Translations under genes and position numbers: made by a program
Notes under the pieces: generated by a model
Told to the model about the DNA's origin: nothing
What the model saw: only the letters and a program-made list of their open reading frames with translations
Database searches by the model: none
IMG/VR virus record: IMGVR_UViG_3300042556_001330
Span: 397-64,396 of that record
Strand: one strand, 5' to 3'
Source: a virus
Taxonomy: Duplodnaviria; Caudoviricetes
DNA: 64,000 nt
Shown here: piece by piece, positions 49,601 to 58,819 of the stretch
Position numbering within the stretch: the stretch's first letter is position 1
Layout of the letters: every line of letters starts with the position of its first letter

Positions 49601-51310
49601 TCTACATCCGTAGATAGTAGGTTGGTTAGTTTACAAACAAATTCAACAAATGTTGATACTTCTATTTTAAACTTAAATCAATTTAGTGCAAGTGTAACAT
49701 CTTCATTAGAAAAAATATATCAAACAACATCTTCATTAAATACTACAACTGCAAGTTTATATACTTCGGCATCTTTAATGACGGCATCGATTGTCTCATT
49801 AACATCATCCGTTGTTGTATTACAAGATTTTAGTGGAAATGTTAATAGTAGATTTACAACTTTAGGAACTTATACTGGTTCAGTCGATAGTAGATTTACA
49901 ACTTTAGGAACTTATACGGGTTCGATTGAAACAAGATTGACTCAAATCGGAGTAGTAAGTGGTTCATTGATAACAACTGCATCTAACCACGAACAAAGGT
50001 TAGGACAATTAGAAAATAAATCTGCAAGTGTAGATACATCTATAACAAATATAAATACATTTACTCAATCGGTTGATGGTAGATTTACAACATTGGCAAC
50101 ATATACTGGTTCTGTCGATACTGATTTAAATAAAATACATGAATCAACTGCAAGTTTAAATTTATTTACTGCAAGTGCATATGTATCATTCTCATTGATG
50201 ACCGCTTCAATTGAAGACCACGAAGAAAGAGTTGCTTATTTGGAAGGTATTGGTGGAATTACTGGTGGCAACCCATTAACACCATTGAATCAATTTTCTG
50301 CATCTGCAAAAATTTCAATTGCAAATTTAGAATCATATACATCTTCTGCAAATACAAGATTAGGCCAAATTGAATCATATACATCTTCTGCAAATACAAG
50401 ATTAGGCCAAATTGAATCATATACATCTTCTTTAAAGAATGCAATTACTGTAACTGGTACCGATGTATCAATTGCTGGTAACTTAAGTGTATTGGGTACT
50501 ACAACGATAGTTGATACTACGACATTATCGATTAAAGATAATATTATTGAATTAAATTATGGTGCATCTCAAACTACTGCTGGTATTTATGTAAAAGATG
50601 CAACAGGAACATCAACCACTTCTGGTTCTCTAATTTGGGATTCGGCAAATGGTGCAGATTATTGGAAAGCAGGAAAATTGGGAAGTGAAGCAAAAGTATT
50701 GACCGATGGAATGGGTGTAATTTCTGGGTCGGGTCAATTAACAAACTATGAAACTACGGGTAGAGGAATCGTTTCGGGTTCATCTCAAATAAATGTTGAA
50801 TCAACAACCGGTGATATTACATTAGGAACTAGAACATTTGGTAACTATGTTGCGTCATTGGTTGCGGGTACGGGTGTAATTTTATCTAATAATGGTGGTG
50901 AAACAGCAACTCCAACAATTGCAATCGGACAAAGTGTTGCAACTTCAGCATCACCAACATTTGCAGGTTTGACTATCAACGGAGCAATTACTGCAACTGG
51001 TGATATTACCGCATTCTTCACATCGGATGAAAGATTAAAAGAAAATATTCAACCTATCACGGATGCATTATCAAAAGTAGAAAATATTAGTGGTAATGAG
51101 TATGATTGGAAAGATGGATTTGAAAATGTTCATAATAAAAAGGGAAATGATGTCGGTGTAATTGCACAAGAAATTCAAAAAATACTTCCACAAGCAGTAA
51201 TAGAAAGAGACAATGGATATTTGGCAGTTAATTACGAAAAAATAATTCCACTATTAATTGAATCTATAAAAGAATTATCGGCAAAAATAGATAGATTGGA
51301 AAAGAAATAG
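46634..51310 (+). CDS. Large tail fibre/spike with beta-helix-like domain, coiled coil and C-terminal peptidase S74 intramolecular chaperone
   Basis: YVSPEGND...PFKTIKAA...G.Y.E..P..VP.GVSIVGD; GSGYT repeats; TSDERLKENI...GVIAQE...V.YEK. Confidence 0.82.
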   Translation: MAAIFQLRRGSGSVSLVDGELYVNKGIDSLQYAVGDREITLAKLNELNTGTLNLNGGISASGDITASNAYISGNIVLGGTITIGDTTNDSVIFNADLSSSIIPDATSTYDLGSTSKVYRNIYASNISASAFTGSLFGMGDPTSFSTSVDTRLDYLEGPFSTSVDSRMDLLENAMSGSKRLYVSPEGNDTNTGTQQSPFKTIKAAVESLGSAIYTNVKRYTIFVGSGEYTEQNPIVVPPGVSIVGDTLRTVRLTAANPTKDFFHCHDSNYFYGLRFLDLRNPAFAFSFPSSTATGSISAGGIGSIGLVHSMTGYTDGNNQDLGIIIEGPDNSGSIATATANVVGGVITQINVVNAGTNYSANEKPHISIPAPVAQRPVITTSPYVQNCSSITGPFNTSGVKVLQALPYDEATFNIDEQGAGGGIRIDGNLVHPLSPLESFVADAFTQVNQGGPGHLVINKGYAQFVSCFTTFCTYGFKVANGGFANISNSVIDFGKYGLVSKTYFPTTYNTGSSLETKTSQVSGFIIDENGAGYTGSIAGVTISGGGASVQATAEATVNANGSIDEIVLLTGGSGYTSQPSVTIDSPTGPGAIQATTVAGKALITGVTEMLMSLESGSRGVDISSNMILNGVDYLVTDVIDVSGQPNQRRITTYPAPPSITTNDQIKFHQLSNISTGGLVMEYVGSGVTYNALPKFGGVPIRTREINEFAPGRVFYSTVDNIGNLKIGDFFAVNQLTGEVTIDANSFNLSGLNAIGPFRRNGVAVGVVLQEVSNNVTLLNSQGLYGEDTTPTQYAVKEYIDVISQSFDSRVDSLEQTAIDYDGRLDSLEISSASVNSFTSSTNGRLNNLESKSASVDVSISNLHSYTSSLNNAIQLTGSTVSFLGNIVVYGTQSVLNSTNLQIGDNLIYLATASVANIDFGIIGHYNDGTNRHGGVFRSGTDGAWRVFKNYEPEISGTINLTETTFAYADFYANALSASTLSGIGNVTTYSTSVDSRLVSLQTNSTNVDTSILNLNQFSASVTSSLEKIYQTTSSLNTTTASLYTSASLMTASIVSLTSSVVVLQDFSGNVNSRFTTLGTYTGSVDSRFTTLGTYTGSIETRLTQIGVVSGSLITTASNHEQRLGQLENKSASVDTSITNINTFTQSVDGRFTTLATYTGSVDTDLNKIHESTASLNLFTASAYVSFSLMTASIEDHEERVAYLEGIGGITGGNPLTPLNQFSASAKISIANLESYTSSANTRLGQIESYTSSANTRLGQIESYTSSLKNAITVTGTDVSIAGNLSVLGTTTIVDTTTLSIKDNIIELNYGASQTTAGIYVKDATGTSTTSGSLIWDSANGADYWKAGKLGSEAKVLTDGMGVISGSGQLTNYETTGRGIVSGSSQINVESTTGDITLGTRTFGNYVASLVAGTGVILSNNGGETATPTIAIGQSVATSASPTFAGLTINGAITATGDITAFFTSDERLKENIQPITDALSKVENISGNEYDWKDGFENVHNKKGNDVGVIAQEIQKILPQAVIERDNGYLAVNYEKIIPLLIESIKELSAKIDRLEKK
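49845..49923 (+). repeat. 42-bp (14-aa) tandem duplication
   Basis: atagtagatttacaactttaggaacttatac at 49845 and 49887. Confidence 0.8.
50330..50431 (+). repeat. Perfect 42-bp tandem repeat, about 2.4 copies
   Basis: gaatcatatacatcttctgcaaatacaagattaggccaaatt at 50330 and 50372, partial at 50414. Confidence 0.88.
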
Positions 51311-51319
51311 ATATTTATA
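51311..51319 (+). promoter_or_regulatory. Putative late promoter motif ATATTTATA
   Basis: Recurrent intergenic motif. Confidence 0.6.
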
Positions 51320-51369
51320 GAGGTATAATGAATTTATTATACTTTAACTAAAAAAAAGAGTAAACTAAA

Positions 51370-53139
51370 ATGGGACTTAAATTTAGACGCGGTACGACCG
51401 CACAACAATCCGGTTCATTAGCATTCGGAGAACCATATGTGAATACCACATTGGGAACATTGATAGTAGGTGGACAAAGTGGAGATATCGTATTATCAGC
51501 AGGAGGTACAGGAAGTACCGGAAACTTCGGAGCAATTTCAGGTTCTGGATTAGATATTACCGGAAATGCAAATATTGCGGGTAATTTAACATTGGGTGGT
51601 ACTATTACAATCGGTGATAATTCATCTGATAATGTAGTTGTAAACGCTGATTTAAGTTCTTCAATTATTCCAAACAATGATAACTCATTTGATTTGGGTA
51701 GTACATCATTTAGATATAGAGCAATTCATGGTACAAATATACATGGTGCTATAAATGCAACAAATGGTGTAGTTTCCGGTTCATCACAAGTGATTGGAAT
51801 ATTGGATTCATTAAATACATTTAGTGGTTCTCAATTAACTCAAAATAGTAATTTAGCAACTATCACCGGTTCATTGATTTCAACTGCAAGTTTAAATGTT
51901 GGAAGATTAACTGCAATTGAAGCAGTTAGTGGAACTTTTGCAAGAACCAATTCAACAAATATATTTAACGGAAATCAAACTGTAAGTGGTTCATTATATG
52001 TAACACAAGATTTGGTAGTCGGTGGTTCTTCATCGATTCAAAATATTAGTTCTTCTAATTTAGTAATTGGAACGGCATTTGTAACTTTAAATACATCAAC
52101 TCCATCATCTAGATTCGCAGGATTACAAATAATAGATAGTGGTTCATCTGGAGGTTCTGGTTCATTCTTATATGACGCAGTACAAGATGAGTTCATATTT
52201 ATCCACAGAGGAAATGGTACGAACATAACATCATCTCATTTCCTATTAGGTCCTGAAACTTATGATAACTTAGGTAACGAATCTTACTTAACAAATAATA
52301 GAGTATCAAAAGGAACTGGTAAGGAACATTTGGTTGATTCAAATATTACAGATGATGGTTCATTGATTACATTGGGTTCAAATACAACAATAACCGGTAC
52401 ATTGGTTGCAAGTGGAACAACATTAGTATCAGGTTCATCTCAAATAAACGCAACTGCAACTACAAACTGGTCAACCGGTATTAAAACAAGATTAGATGCG
52501 GAAACCGTTGTTTCTGGTTCTAAAACAATTAGTGGTATTACATTGGGTTCTAACTTAGCAACTTTGACAATTGGTACCGGATTAAGTGGAACATCTTATA
52601 ATGGTTCAACCGGTGTAACAATTGCAAATACGGGGGTAACTTCAATTACAGCAGGAACGGGTGTAAGTAGAGATAGTGCAACAGGTACAGTAACAATTTC
52701 AATAGGACAAGCAGTAGCAACATCTGATAACGTAAGATTTGCATCTATTGGTGTTGGTATGGCTGCAAGTGGAACATCTGGTAGAATAGACGCAGCAAAT
52801 GATATTGTGGCATTCTCAACTTCGGATGTTCGTTTGAAAGAAAATATCAAACCAATCGAAAATGCATTGGATAAAATTTCTAAGATTAGTGGTAACACAT
52901 ATGATTGGAGAGCTGAATTTAAAGATGTTCATGGATACGAAGGAAATGATGTGGGTGTAATTGCACAAGAAGTTGAAGCAGTATTACCACAATTAGTTCA
53001 AGACAGAGACAATGGATATAAGGCAGTTAAATATGACAAATTAGTTGCATTATTGATTGAAGGTATTAAAGAACAACAAACACAAATACACAATTTAACT
53101 TTAGAAATTGAAAATCTAAAGAAGAACAATAGCTTATAA
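51370..53139 (+). CDS. Tail fibre with C-terminal peptidase S74 chaperone
   Basis: LKFRRG N-domain; TSDVRLKENI...GVIAQEVE..LP...V.YDKL. Confidence 0.82.
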   Translation: MGLKFRRGTTAQQSGSLAFGEPYVNTTLGTLIVGGQSGDIVLSAGGTGSTGNFGAISGSGLDITGNANIAGNLTLGGTITIGDNSSDNVVVNADLSSSIIPNNDNSFDLGSTSFRYRAIHGTNIHGAINATNGVVSGSSQVIGILDSLNTFSGSQLTQNSNLATITGSLISTASLNVGRLTAIEAVSGTFARTNSTNIFNGNQTVSGSLYVTQDLVVGGSSSIQNISSSNLVIGTAFVTLNTSTPSSRFAGLQIIDSGSSGGSGSFLYDAVQDEFIFIHRGNGTNITSSHFLLGPETYDNLGNESYLTNNRVSKGTGKEHLVDSNITDDGSLITLGSNTTITGTLVASGTTLVSGSSQINATATTNWSTGIKTRLDAETVVSGSKTISGITLGSNLATLTIGTGLSGTSYNGSTGVTIANTGVTSITAGTGVSRDSATGTVTISIGQAVATSDNVRFASIGVGMAASGTSGRIDAANDIVAFSTSDVRLKENIKPIENALDKISKISGNTYDWRAEFKDVHGYEGNDVGVIAQEVEAVLPQLVQDRDNGYKAVKYDKLVALLIEGIKEQQTQIHNLTLEIENLKKNNSL

Positions 53140-53141
53140 GA

Positions 53142-54146
53142 ATGTATGATGTATATTATACAACAGGTTTTGGAAATAAAGTAGGTGCTGGTAGTGATGT
53201 TTGGGTGAATAACTTCGTAAAGTATGTTGTTCCTCACTTAAAAGTAAAACCTATCCTACTTATACATAGAAAGAAACCCGATGATTTTGAGGGGGATAAC
53301 TTCCCCCTTGAAATTTATTGGCAAGTAGATGATAATGAAAAGTTCGATGAACTTATAGATAATGCTCGGCGAATTCACATACTACACGGACATTATCACC
53401 CAAATTCAGCCATTCTAAGAAATTTAGATAGAATAGAGAGTTATGTTATGCATAATTCAATAGATATGTCTATGAAAGCCGGTATGTTTTCCGACTCACC
53501 GGGAGTTCAACATTATGGTGCAGATACGGAATGGGAATATTCTATAATAAAATCAGTAAAAAAAAGAATTTGGATTGGTTTATTTAAAACACCAACCCAT
53601 GCTGATTATGATTTTATAGATATTCCAAATTATTACGATTTTCAACATAATTTAGAATTAAGTGATAGTACAAAAGTAGGATTTGCAGCAAGAACGGAAA
53701 CAAGAAAAAGAGTTTGGTATTTGGAAAATATAGAATGTTATTTATTCACTACCTTAAAGATTTTGAATAATGTGTGGGAGAAGGGATATGGTGTGAATTT
53801 CAAACGAGCTAAACGATATATGTTTGATTATGGTAAATTAGATTGGTTTTATCGTTTAGATTGGGGAATTTCACATAGTTGTTTTAATTATGAACCATTT
53901 GGATATTCAATATTTCAAGCGGTTGATTATGGAAAACTACCCATATTGAGTAAAGATTGGATGAAAGAATGGGAATATCCATATAGAGCAGAAAGTAAAA
54001 CGGAATTTGAAAATATAGTAAAAGAAATAAAAAATACCGATTACGAAACAAAAAAACAATGGTTTGAAAAATTAAAATCAGAAATGATGATATTTACAAA
54101 TCGAAATAAATGGGTAAAAGATTTATTAGATATTTATAATAGTTAA
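53142..54146 (+). CDS. GT-B fold (GT4-like) glycosyltransferase
   Basis: N-terminal GAGSDVWV loop, VGFAAR...K, YEPFGYSIFQAVDYGKLPIL. Confidence 0.72.
   Translation: MYDVYYTTGFGNKVGAGSDVWVNNFVKYVVPHLKVKPILLIHRKKPDDFEGDNFPLEIYWQVDDNEKFDELIDNARRIHILHGHYHPNSAILRNLDRIESYVMHNSIDMSMKAGMFSDSPGVQHYGADTEWEYSIIKSVKKRIWIGLFKTPTHADYDFIDIPNYYDFQHNLELSDSTKVGFAARTETRKRVWYLENIECYLFTTLKILNNVWEKGYGVNFKRAKRYMFDYGKLDWFYRLDWGISHSCFNYEPFGYSIFQAVDYGKLPILSKDWMKEWEYPYRAESKTEFENIVKEIKNTDYETKKQWFEKLKSEMMIFTNRNKWVKDLLDIYNS
54130..54138 (+). promoter_or_regulatory. Putative late promoter motif ATATTTATA
   Basis: Within the last codons of the GT gene, upstream of ATG 54158. Confidence 0.5.
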
Positions 54147-54157
54147 AACAAAAAAAT

Positions 54158-55909
54158 ATGGCATTATTTAACAAGAGATTAAGTGAATTATATAGAGCTG
54201 TGAGTGGTTCGAGTAGAACTTCACAGGCAGTATCAATTAGTGGTTTGGCAGGTGGTGGTTCAAATCTATCATTTAGTGGATTCTCATTTGATTCTGCATC
54301 TGCAACATTACCATTTACATATATTGTAGAAAACACAACAGAAAATGTAGTATTTTCATTTACTAGTGCTGGTACATTATTTAATAATAAAGTTAAAGAT
54401 GTTAGTAACAATTATCAATTTAGTATTACTCCTGGTGATGGAGCTATAACATTTGGAACAAATACAAATGGTAATGATGGTGTTAAAGCATCAACTACTA
54501 AAATCGGAGTTACAAATATTTCAAATGGAGTATATGGTGGAAACACTGCATATCTATTAGCAGCTTCCTATAATGATGGTGGTTGGTCATCAAATCAAGA
54601 TGGTTTCAACAGAGTCTTTTCAAAAGAAATTTATAATGTTGATTCGTACAACACAATAAATTCGGATTCACTTTGTGTTGATATAAACACTTTAATTTTA
54701 TTATCTGATGGTAGTGAAGTATCGGCTGAAGACTTATATATTGGTGATGTAATTAAAACATATGTACCAACAGATATGCCTACTTGGTTACCAGAAAACG
54801 ATACCGAAGACTGGTATTGGTGGTATCAAACGGGTTCATCTGGAGAAATAGTAGATGCAGAGATTACTAATATTTATTATTCATTTGTTGATTCGTATAT
54901 TTCTATCAATGATGATTTATTAAAATGTACTCATGCACATCCATTATTTATTTTTGATAATGAAACCTCTACTTATCAATTTGTAAGAGCAGAAGATATC
55001 ACTATTGGTGACAAATTGATTAAATATAATAAGACAACTTTTGAAATGGAAGAAATCGAAGTTGTTAATATTGAAACTAAAAACGAAACATTAGAAATTG
55101 CAACAATTACAGTAGATGTAGCACACACATATTTATCTAATGGATTTGTATCACATAATAAAGGTAGTAATACAGTTGGAGCAATACCATCCGCAAACTT
55201 AGTTTGTTATTTAGATGCAGAAAAAACACAATCATACGCTGCCGCAAACTCATTAGTTTGGCATGATTTAACAGGTAGAGCTACCGGATTTAATGTTAAA
55301 CCAGCTCTTAGTGGTGGTGGTTCGGCATTTCCAACATTTACAAATACCACACCTAAACACTTAACATTTTTTGGAAATGGTAACACTGCATGGAAAGATA
55401 ATACAATCTACCCTGGAACAGGAGTAGGCCTAACGAATTTTAGTTTAACCGCTAATGGAGGAGTGACGGTAGTTTGGTGGCAATTTGGAAACGCATCACT
55501 TTTTGCAGGTATTATGAACATAGAGGATAATGTAAGTAAAGCTTTTAGAGTATCGTGGAACCCCAATGGTGCAAGTAATGGTTCACTTAGAATTAAGCTT
55601 CCTAGTGGCCCAACTAGATACACAACTAGTAACATATTTTCTAATATTAGTACTAGTTGGAATATGTATGCATTTTCTGTAATTGGACAAACCGGATATG
55701 TTTATAGAGATGGTTCATTGGTGGACACCGTAGCGGGGAATTTAAGTGATTTTGAAGCATTGACTGCAGCAAGAGCCTCGTTTGGTGGAGCTGCATCATC
55801 GGATTCACCAGGAATAAGACTTGCAGCATTATTATATTATACGAGAGGTTTGAGTGGAACAGAAATTTCAAATATCTACAATAATATGAGAAGTAGGTTT
55901 GGTAAATAG
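54158..55909 (+). CDS. Virion protein with central Hint (intein-like) domain and C-terminal LamG-like domain
   Basis: CVDINTLILLSDG..EDL.IGD, CTHAHP, HTYLSNGFVSHN|K; then YLDA...WHDL...YTRGLS..EI. Confidence 0.8.
   Translation: MALFNKRLSELYRAVSGSSRTSQAVSISGLAGGGSNLSFSGFSFDSASATLPFTYIVENTTENVVFSFTSAGTLFNNKVKDVSNNYQFSITPGDGAITFGTNTNGNDGVKASTTKIGVTNISNGVYGGNTAYLLAASYNDGGWSSNQDGFNRVFSKEIYNVDSYNTINSDSLCVDINTLILLSDGSEVSAEDLYIGDVIKTYVPTDMPTWLPENDTEDWYWWYQTGSSGEIVDAEITNIYYSFVDSYISINDDLLKCTHAHPLFIFDNETSTYQFVRAEDITIGDKLIKYNKTTFEMEEIEVVNIETKNETLEIATITVDVAHTYLSNGFVSHNKGSNTVGAIPSANLVCYLDAEKTQSYAAANSLVWHDLTGRATGFNVKPALSGGGSAFPTFTNTTPKHLTFFGNGNTAWKDNTIYPGTGVGLTNFSLTANGGVTVVWWQFGNASLFAGIMNIEDNVSKAFRVSWNPNGASNGSLRIKLPSGPTRYTTSNIFSNISTSWNMYAFSVIGQTGYVYRDGSLVDTVAGNLSDFEALTAARASFGGAASSDSPGIRLAALLYYTRGLSGTEISNIYNNMRSRFGK
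54674..55159 (+). other. Hint domain (162 aa, no endonuclease, +1 residue Lys)
   Basis: Cys1, block B TxxH, terminal His-Asn. Confidence 0.8.
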
Positions 55910-55932
55910 TTAATGTTTTGAATTAAAATATT

Positions 55933-55941
55933 ATATTTATA
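55933..55941 (+). promoter_or_regulatory. Putative late promoter motif ATATTTATA
   Basis: Recurrent intergenic motif. Confidence 0.6.
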
Positions 55942-55976
55942 TTGAGAATTACTAAATTTAAATTAAAACATATAAA

Positions 55977-58187
55977 ATGGCAGAAAAGATAGTATCACCG
56001 GGTGTTTTCACTAGAGAAAACGACCTTTCATTTTTACAACAAGGTGTTGCTGAGATAGGTGCGGCATTCATTGGCCCTTTCAAAGAAGGACCAGTAGTTC
56101 CAACAATTGTAAATTCACAAGCTGAGTTTAATGAATTATTTGGAGCAGCTGATGGAACATATTACACACCATTAGCAGTACAAAATTATTTAAGAGAAGC
56201 AGGAACTGCAACTATTTGTAGAGTAGCGGGTGTTGGTGGATATACTGCACAAAGACCTTTAATATTATTGGGAACATCTGGGTCAGTAACATCATCAATT
56301 GGATTTTTATTTTCAACATCAGAAAATTTAAGTGGATTAAGTACAGCATCTGCAGTTACAGGTGGAATTTCAAGTAATGTGTGGTCATTTGACCCATCTA
56401 GTCCAGATTATATCGAATCTGAATTTGGTACAAACCCATTGAATCCAAAAGTAGCATACATCTATGGATACTTTAAAAATGCATATTCTTCATCTGCAGA
56501 AGAGTGGTCAACTTTGGCACAATCTGCAGTAGTATTATCTTCACAAGTATTTTCTGGAGATGCACAAGAGGCATTGACACCAATGATTCAATCTCAATTA
56601 ATCGGTGGTGATAGATTTGATTTATTCCAATTTGAAACATTGGGTGTGGGTAATTCTACAAATACTAAAGTTAAAATTGGTATTACAAATATTAAAGCAG
56701 CAGGTACTATAAATGGAACGGATTATGGTACATTTACGGTTGTTGTTAGAGATTTTAATGACACAAACAAAAAGAAAATTGTATTAGAAACATTTGCAAA
56801 TGTAACTTTAGACCCTAATTCTCCAAACTTTATTAGTAGAGTAATTGGTGATAGAAAATTATTAATAGATGAATTTGGTAAAATTACTGAAATTGGTGAT
56901 TGGGTAAACAATTCTAAATATGTTAGAATTAATTCGGAAACATTTAACTATACGGCACCTGTACAGGCAGTACCTTTTGGACATCATCCATATACATTAC
57001 CTGTAAATGCAGGAGTATATAATAACTCAATACCAGTAGTAACTTTCGTAAGTTCTTCTACAACTGTATATGGTGGTATTGATTTAGATTTTAACAATGA
57101 TAACAAAGTATATTTAAAACCAATTCCAAATGGTGCAGTACATGGTTTAAACACCGAATTTGGATTGGATGTAGAAAATGGTGGTGAATACTCAGTTGGA
57201 GACGCTGGAACACAATTCGTTGTAGCATTTCAAAGTGGATTTGATGGTATGAGTCCATTAACACCGATTAATTTAGGTTCTGATATTTCACAAACTAACA
57301 CACAAGGTTTTAACTTATCTTCTTCTACTACAAGTGGTTCTGTTGCATATATGAAAGCAATTAACGCTTTATCTAACGCAGATGAATTTGATATTAATAT
57401 GGTTGTAGCACCTGGTGTTACAAAAAATGACCATTTGTATATACATACAGCAATTGTTGATATGGTAGAACAAAGAGCAGATGCATTTTTCATTACTGAA
57501 ATGGGTGATTCTGATTTAAGTTTAGAAACAACAATTACTAAAGCTGGTGAATTAGACACAAACTACGCAGCAACTTATTATCCTTGGATTAAAACAATTG
57601 ATATTAATACAAACAAATTAATCACAGTTCCACCATCGGTATTACTTCCAGGTGTATTCGCAGCAAACGATAGAGTAGCGGCAGAATGGTTCGCACCAGC
57701 AGGTTTGAATAGAGGTGGTTTAGTAGGAGCAGTTAGTGTATTAAATAGATTAACTCAATCCGAAAAAGATGAATTATACGAAGGTAAAGTAAACCCAATC
57801 GTACAATTCCCAGGACAAGGTATTGTAGTATTCGGACAAAAAACATTACAAGATAAACCATCGGCATTAGATAGAATCAACGTAAGAAGATTATTATTGA
57901 GTGTTAGAAAGTATATCGCATCTACTTCAAGATTCTTGGTATTTGAACAAAATACTTCTGAAACAAGAAATAGATTCTTAAATATTGTTAACCCTTATTT
58001 AGAATCAATCCAACAAAGACAAGGTTTGTACGCATTCCGTGTTGTAATGGATGATACTAATAACACACCAGATGTAGTTGATAGAAACATTATGAAAGGA
58101 GCTATCTACTTACAACCAACTAAGACAGCTGAATTCATTCAAATTGATTTCAACATCTTACCAACTGGAGCAGCATTTAACGGATAA
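55977..58187 (+). CDS. Tail sheath protein (gp18-like)
   Basis: SPGVFTRE.D, GPF..GP, YYPW, WFAPAG.NRG, GQKTLQ..SALDRINVRRL, FEQN, P.KTAEFI. Confidence 0.95.
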   Translation: MAEKIVSPGVFTRENDLSFLQQGVAEIGAAFIGPFKEGPVVPTIVNSQAEFNELFGAADGTYYTPLAVQNYLREAGTATICRVAGVGGYTAQRPLILLGTSGSVTSSIGFLFSTSENLSGLSTASAVTGGISSNVWSFDPSSPDYIESEFGTNPLNPKVAYIYGYFKNAYSSSAEEWSTLAQSAVVLSSQVFSGDAQEALTPMIQSQLIGGDRFDLFQFETLGVGNSTNTKVKIGITNIKAAGTINGTDYGTFTVVVRDFNDTNKKKIVLETFANVTLDPNSPNFISRVIGDRKLLIDEFGKITEIGDWVNNSKYVRINSETFNYTAPVQAVPFGHHPYTLPVNAGVYNNSIPVVTFVSSSTTVYGGIDLDFNNDNKVYLKPIPNGAVHGLNTEFGLDVENGGEYSVGDAGTQFVVAFQSGFDGMSPLTPINLGSDISQTNTQGFNLSSSTTSGSVAYMKAINALSNADEFDINMVVAPGVTKNDHLYIHTAIVDMVEQRADAFFITEMGDSDLSLETTITKAGELDTNYAATYYPWIKTIDINTNKLITVPPSVLLPGVFAANDRVAAEWFAPAGLNRGGLVGAVSVLNRLTQSEKDELYEGKVNPIVQFPGQGIVVFGQKTLQDKPSALDRINVRRLLLSVRKYIASTSRFLVFEQNTSETRNRFLNIVNPYLESIQQRQGLYAFRVVMDDTNNTPDVVDRNIMKGAIYLQPTKTAEFIQIDFNILPTGAAFNG

Positions 58188-58199
58188 TTTAGAAAATAG

Positions 58200-58208
58200 A
58201 TATTTATA
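58200..58208 (+). promoter_or_regulatory. Putative late promoter motif ATATTTATA
   Basis: Recurrent intergenic motif. Confidence 0.6.
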
Positions 58209-58233
58209 TAAAAGAATTAAAAAATAAAGTAAA

Positions 58234-58722
58234 ATGCCAGAAATATTAGAGTTTGATAAAATGTTCTATAAGAATTTTGAACCAAAATTGGGTAATAGAT
58301 TCATTATGGAAATAAATGGTATAGAATCGTATATCATCAAAACGGCGAATAGACCTACATTCACATCGGAAGTTGTTGAATTAGACCATATCAATGTAAA
58401 AAGAAAGATTAAAGGAAAGTCTACGTGGGATGATGTTACTATCACTCTTTATGACCCAATTGTACCATCAGGTGCACAACAAGTTATGGAGTGGGTTAGA
58501 CAATCACATGAATCATTAACCGGTAGAGATGGATATTCTGCTTTCTATAAGAAAGATGTTACGTTCTATCTATTAGGACCAGTAGGTGATAAAGTTGAAC
58601 AATGGACTTTGAAAGGTGCATTTATCAGTTCGGCAAACTTTGGTGAATTGGATTGGGCTTCAAATGACCCGTTATCAATTGAATTAACATTAGCATACGA
58701 TTACGCTATTTTAGAGTACTAA
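58234..58722 (+). CDS. Tail tube protein (gp19-like)
   Basis: EPK..NRF, W..VT.TLYD, W.L.GAF, LDW, L.YDY; follows the sheath gene. Confidence 0.88.
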   Translation: MPEILEFDKMFYKNFEPKLGNRFIMEINGIESYIIKTANRPTFTSEVVELDHINVKRKIKGKSTWDDVTITLYDPIVPSGAQQVMEWVRQSHESLTGRDGYSAFYKKDVTFYLLGPVGDKVEQWTLKGAFISSANFGELDWASNDPLSIELTLAYDYAILEY

Positions 58723-58742
58723 TCTAAATAAAATTATAAAAG

Positions 58743-58773
58743 AAAGGGATACCCACAAAGTATCCCTTTTTTT
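58743..58773 (+). terminator. Rho-independent terminator after the tube gene
   Basis: AAAGGGATAC-CCACAAA-GTATCCCTTT followed by a T run. Confidence 0.85.
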
Positions 58774-58819
58774 ATTTTTTTGAAAACATAATATATATAA
58801 TAAACACAAAAGTTATATT

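Noticed and set aside
37201-50431. Repeats as a CRISPR array
   Set aside because: They are in-frame coding repeats with irregular or no spacers, and there are no cas genes
43165-52447. Duplicated block as a DGR template/variable repeat pair
   Set aside because: Both copies are internal coding sequence, the differences are not adenine-specific and no reverse transcriptase is in the window
54674-55159. Mobile intein with homing endonuclease
   Set aside because: Too short, no LAGLIDADG or HNH motifs, and the +1 residue is Lys
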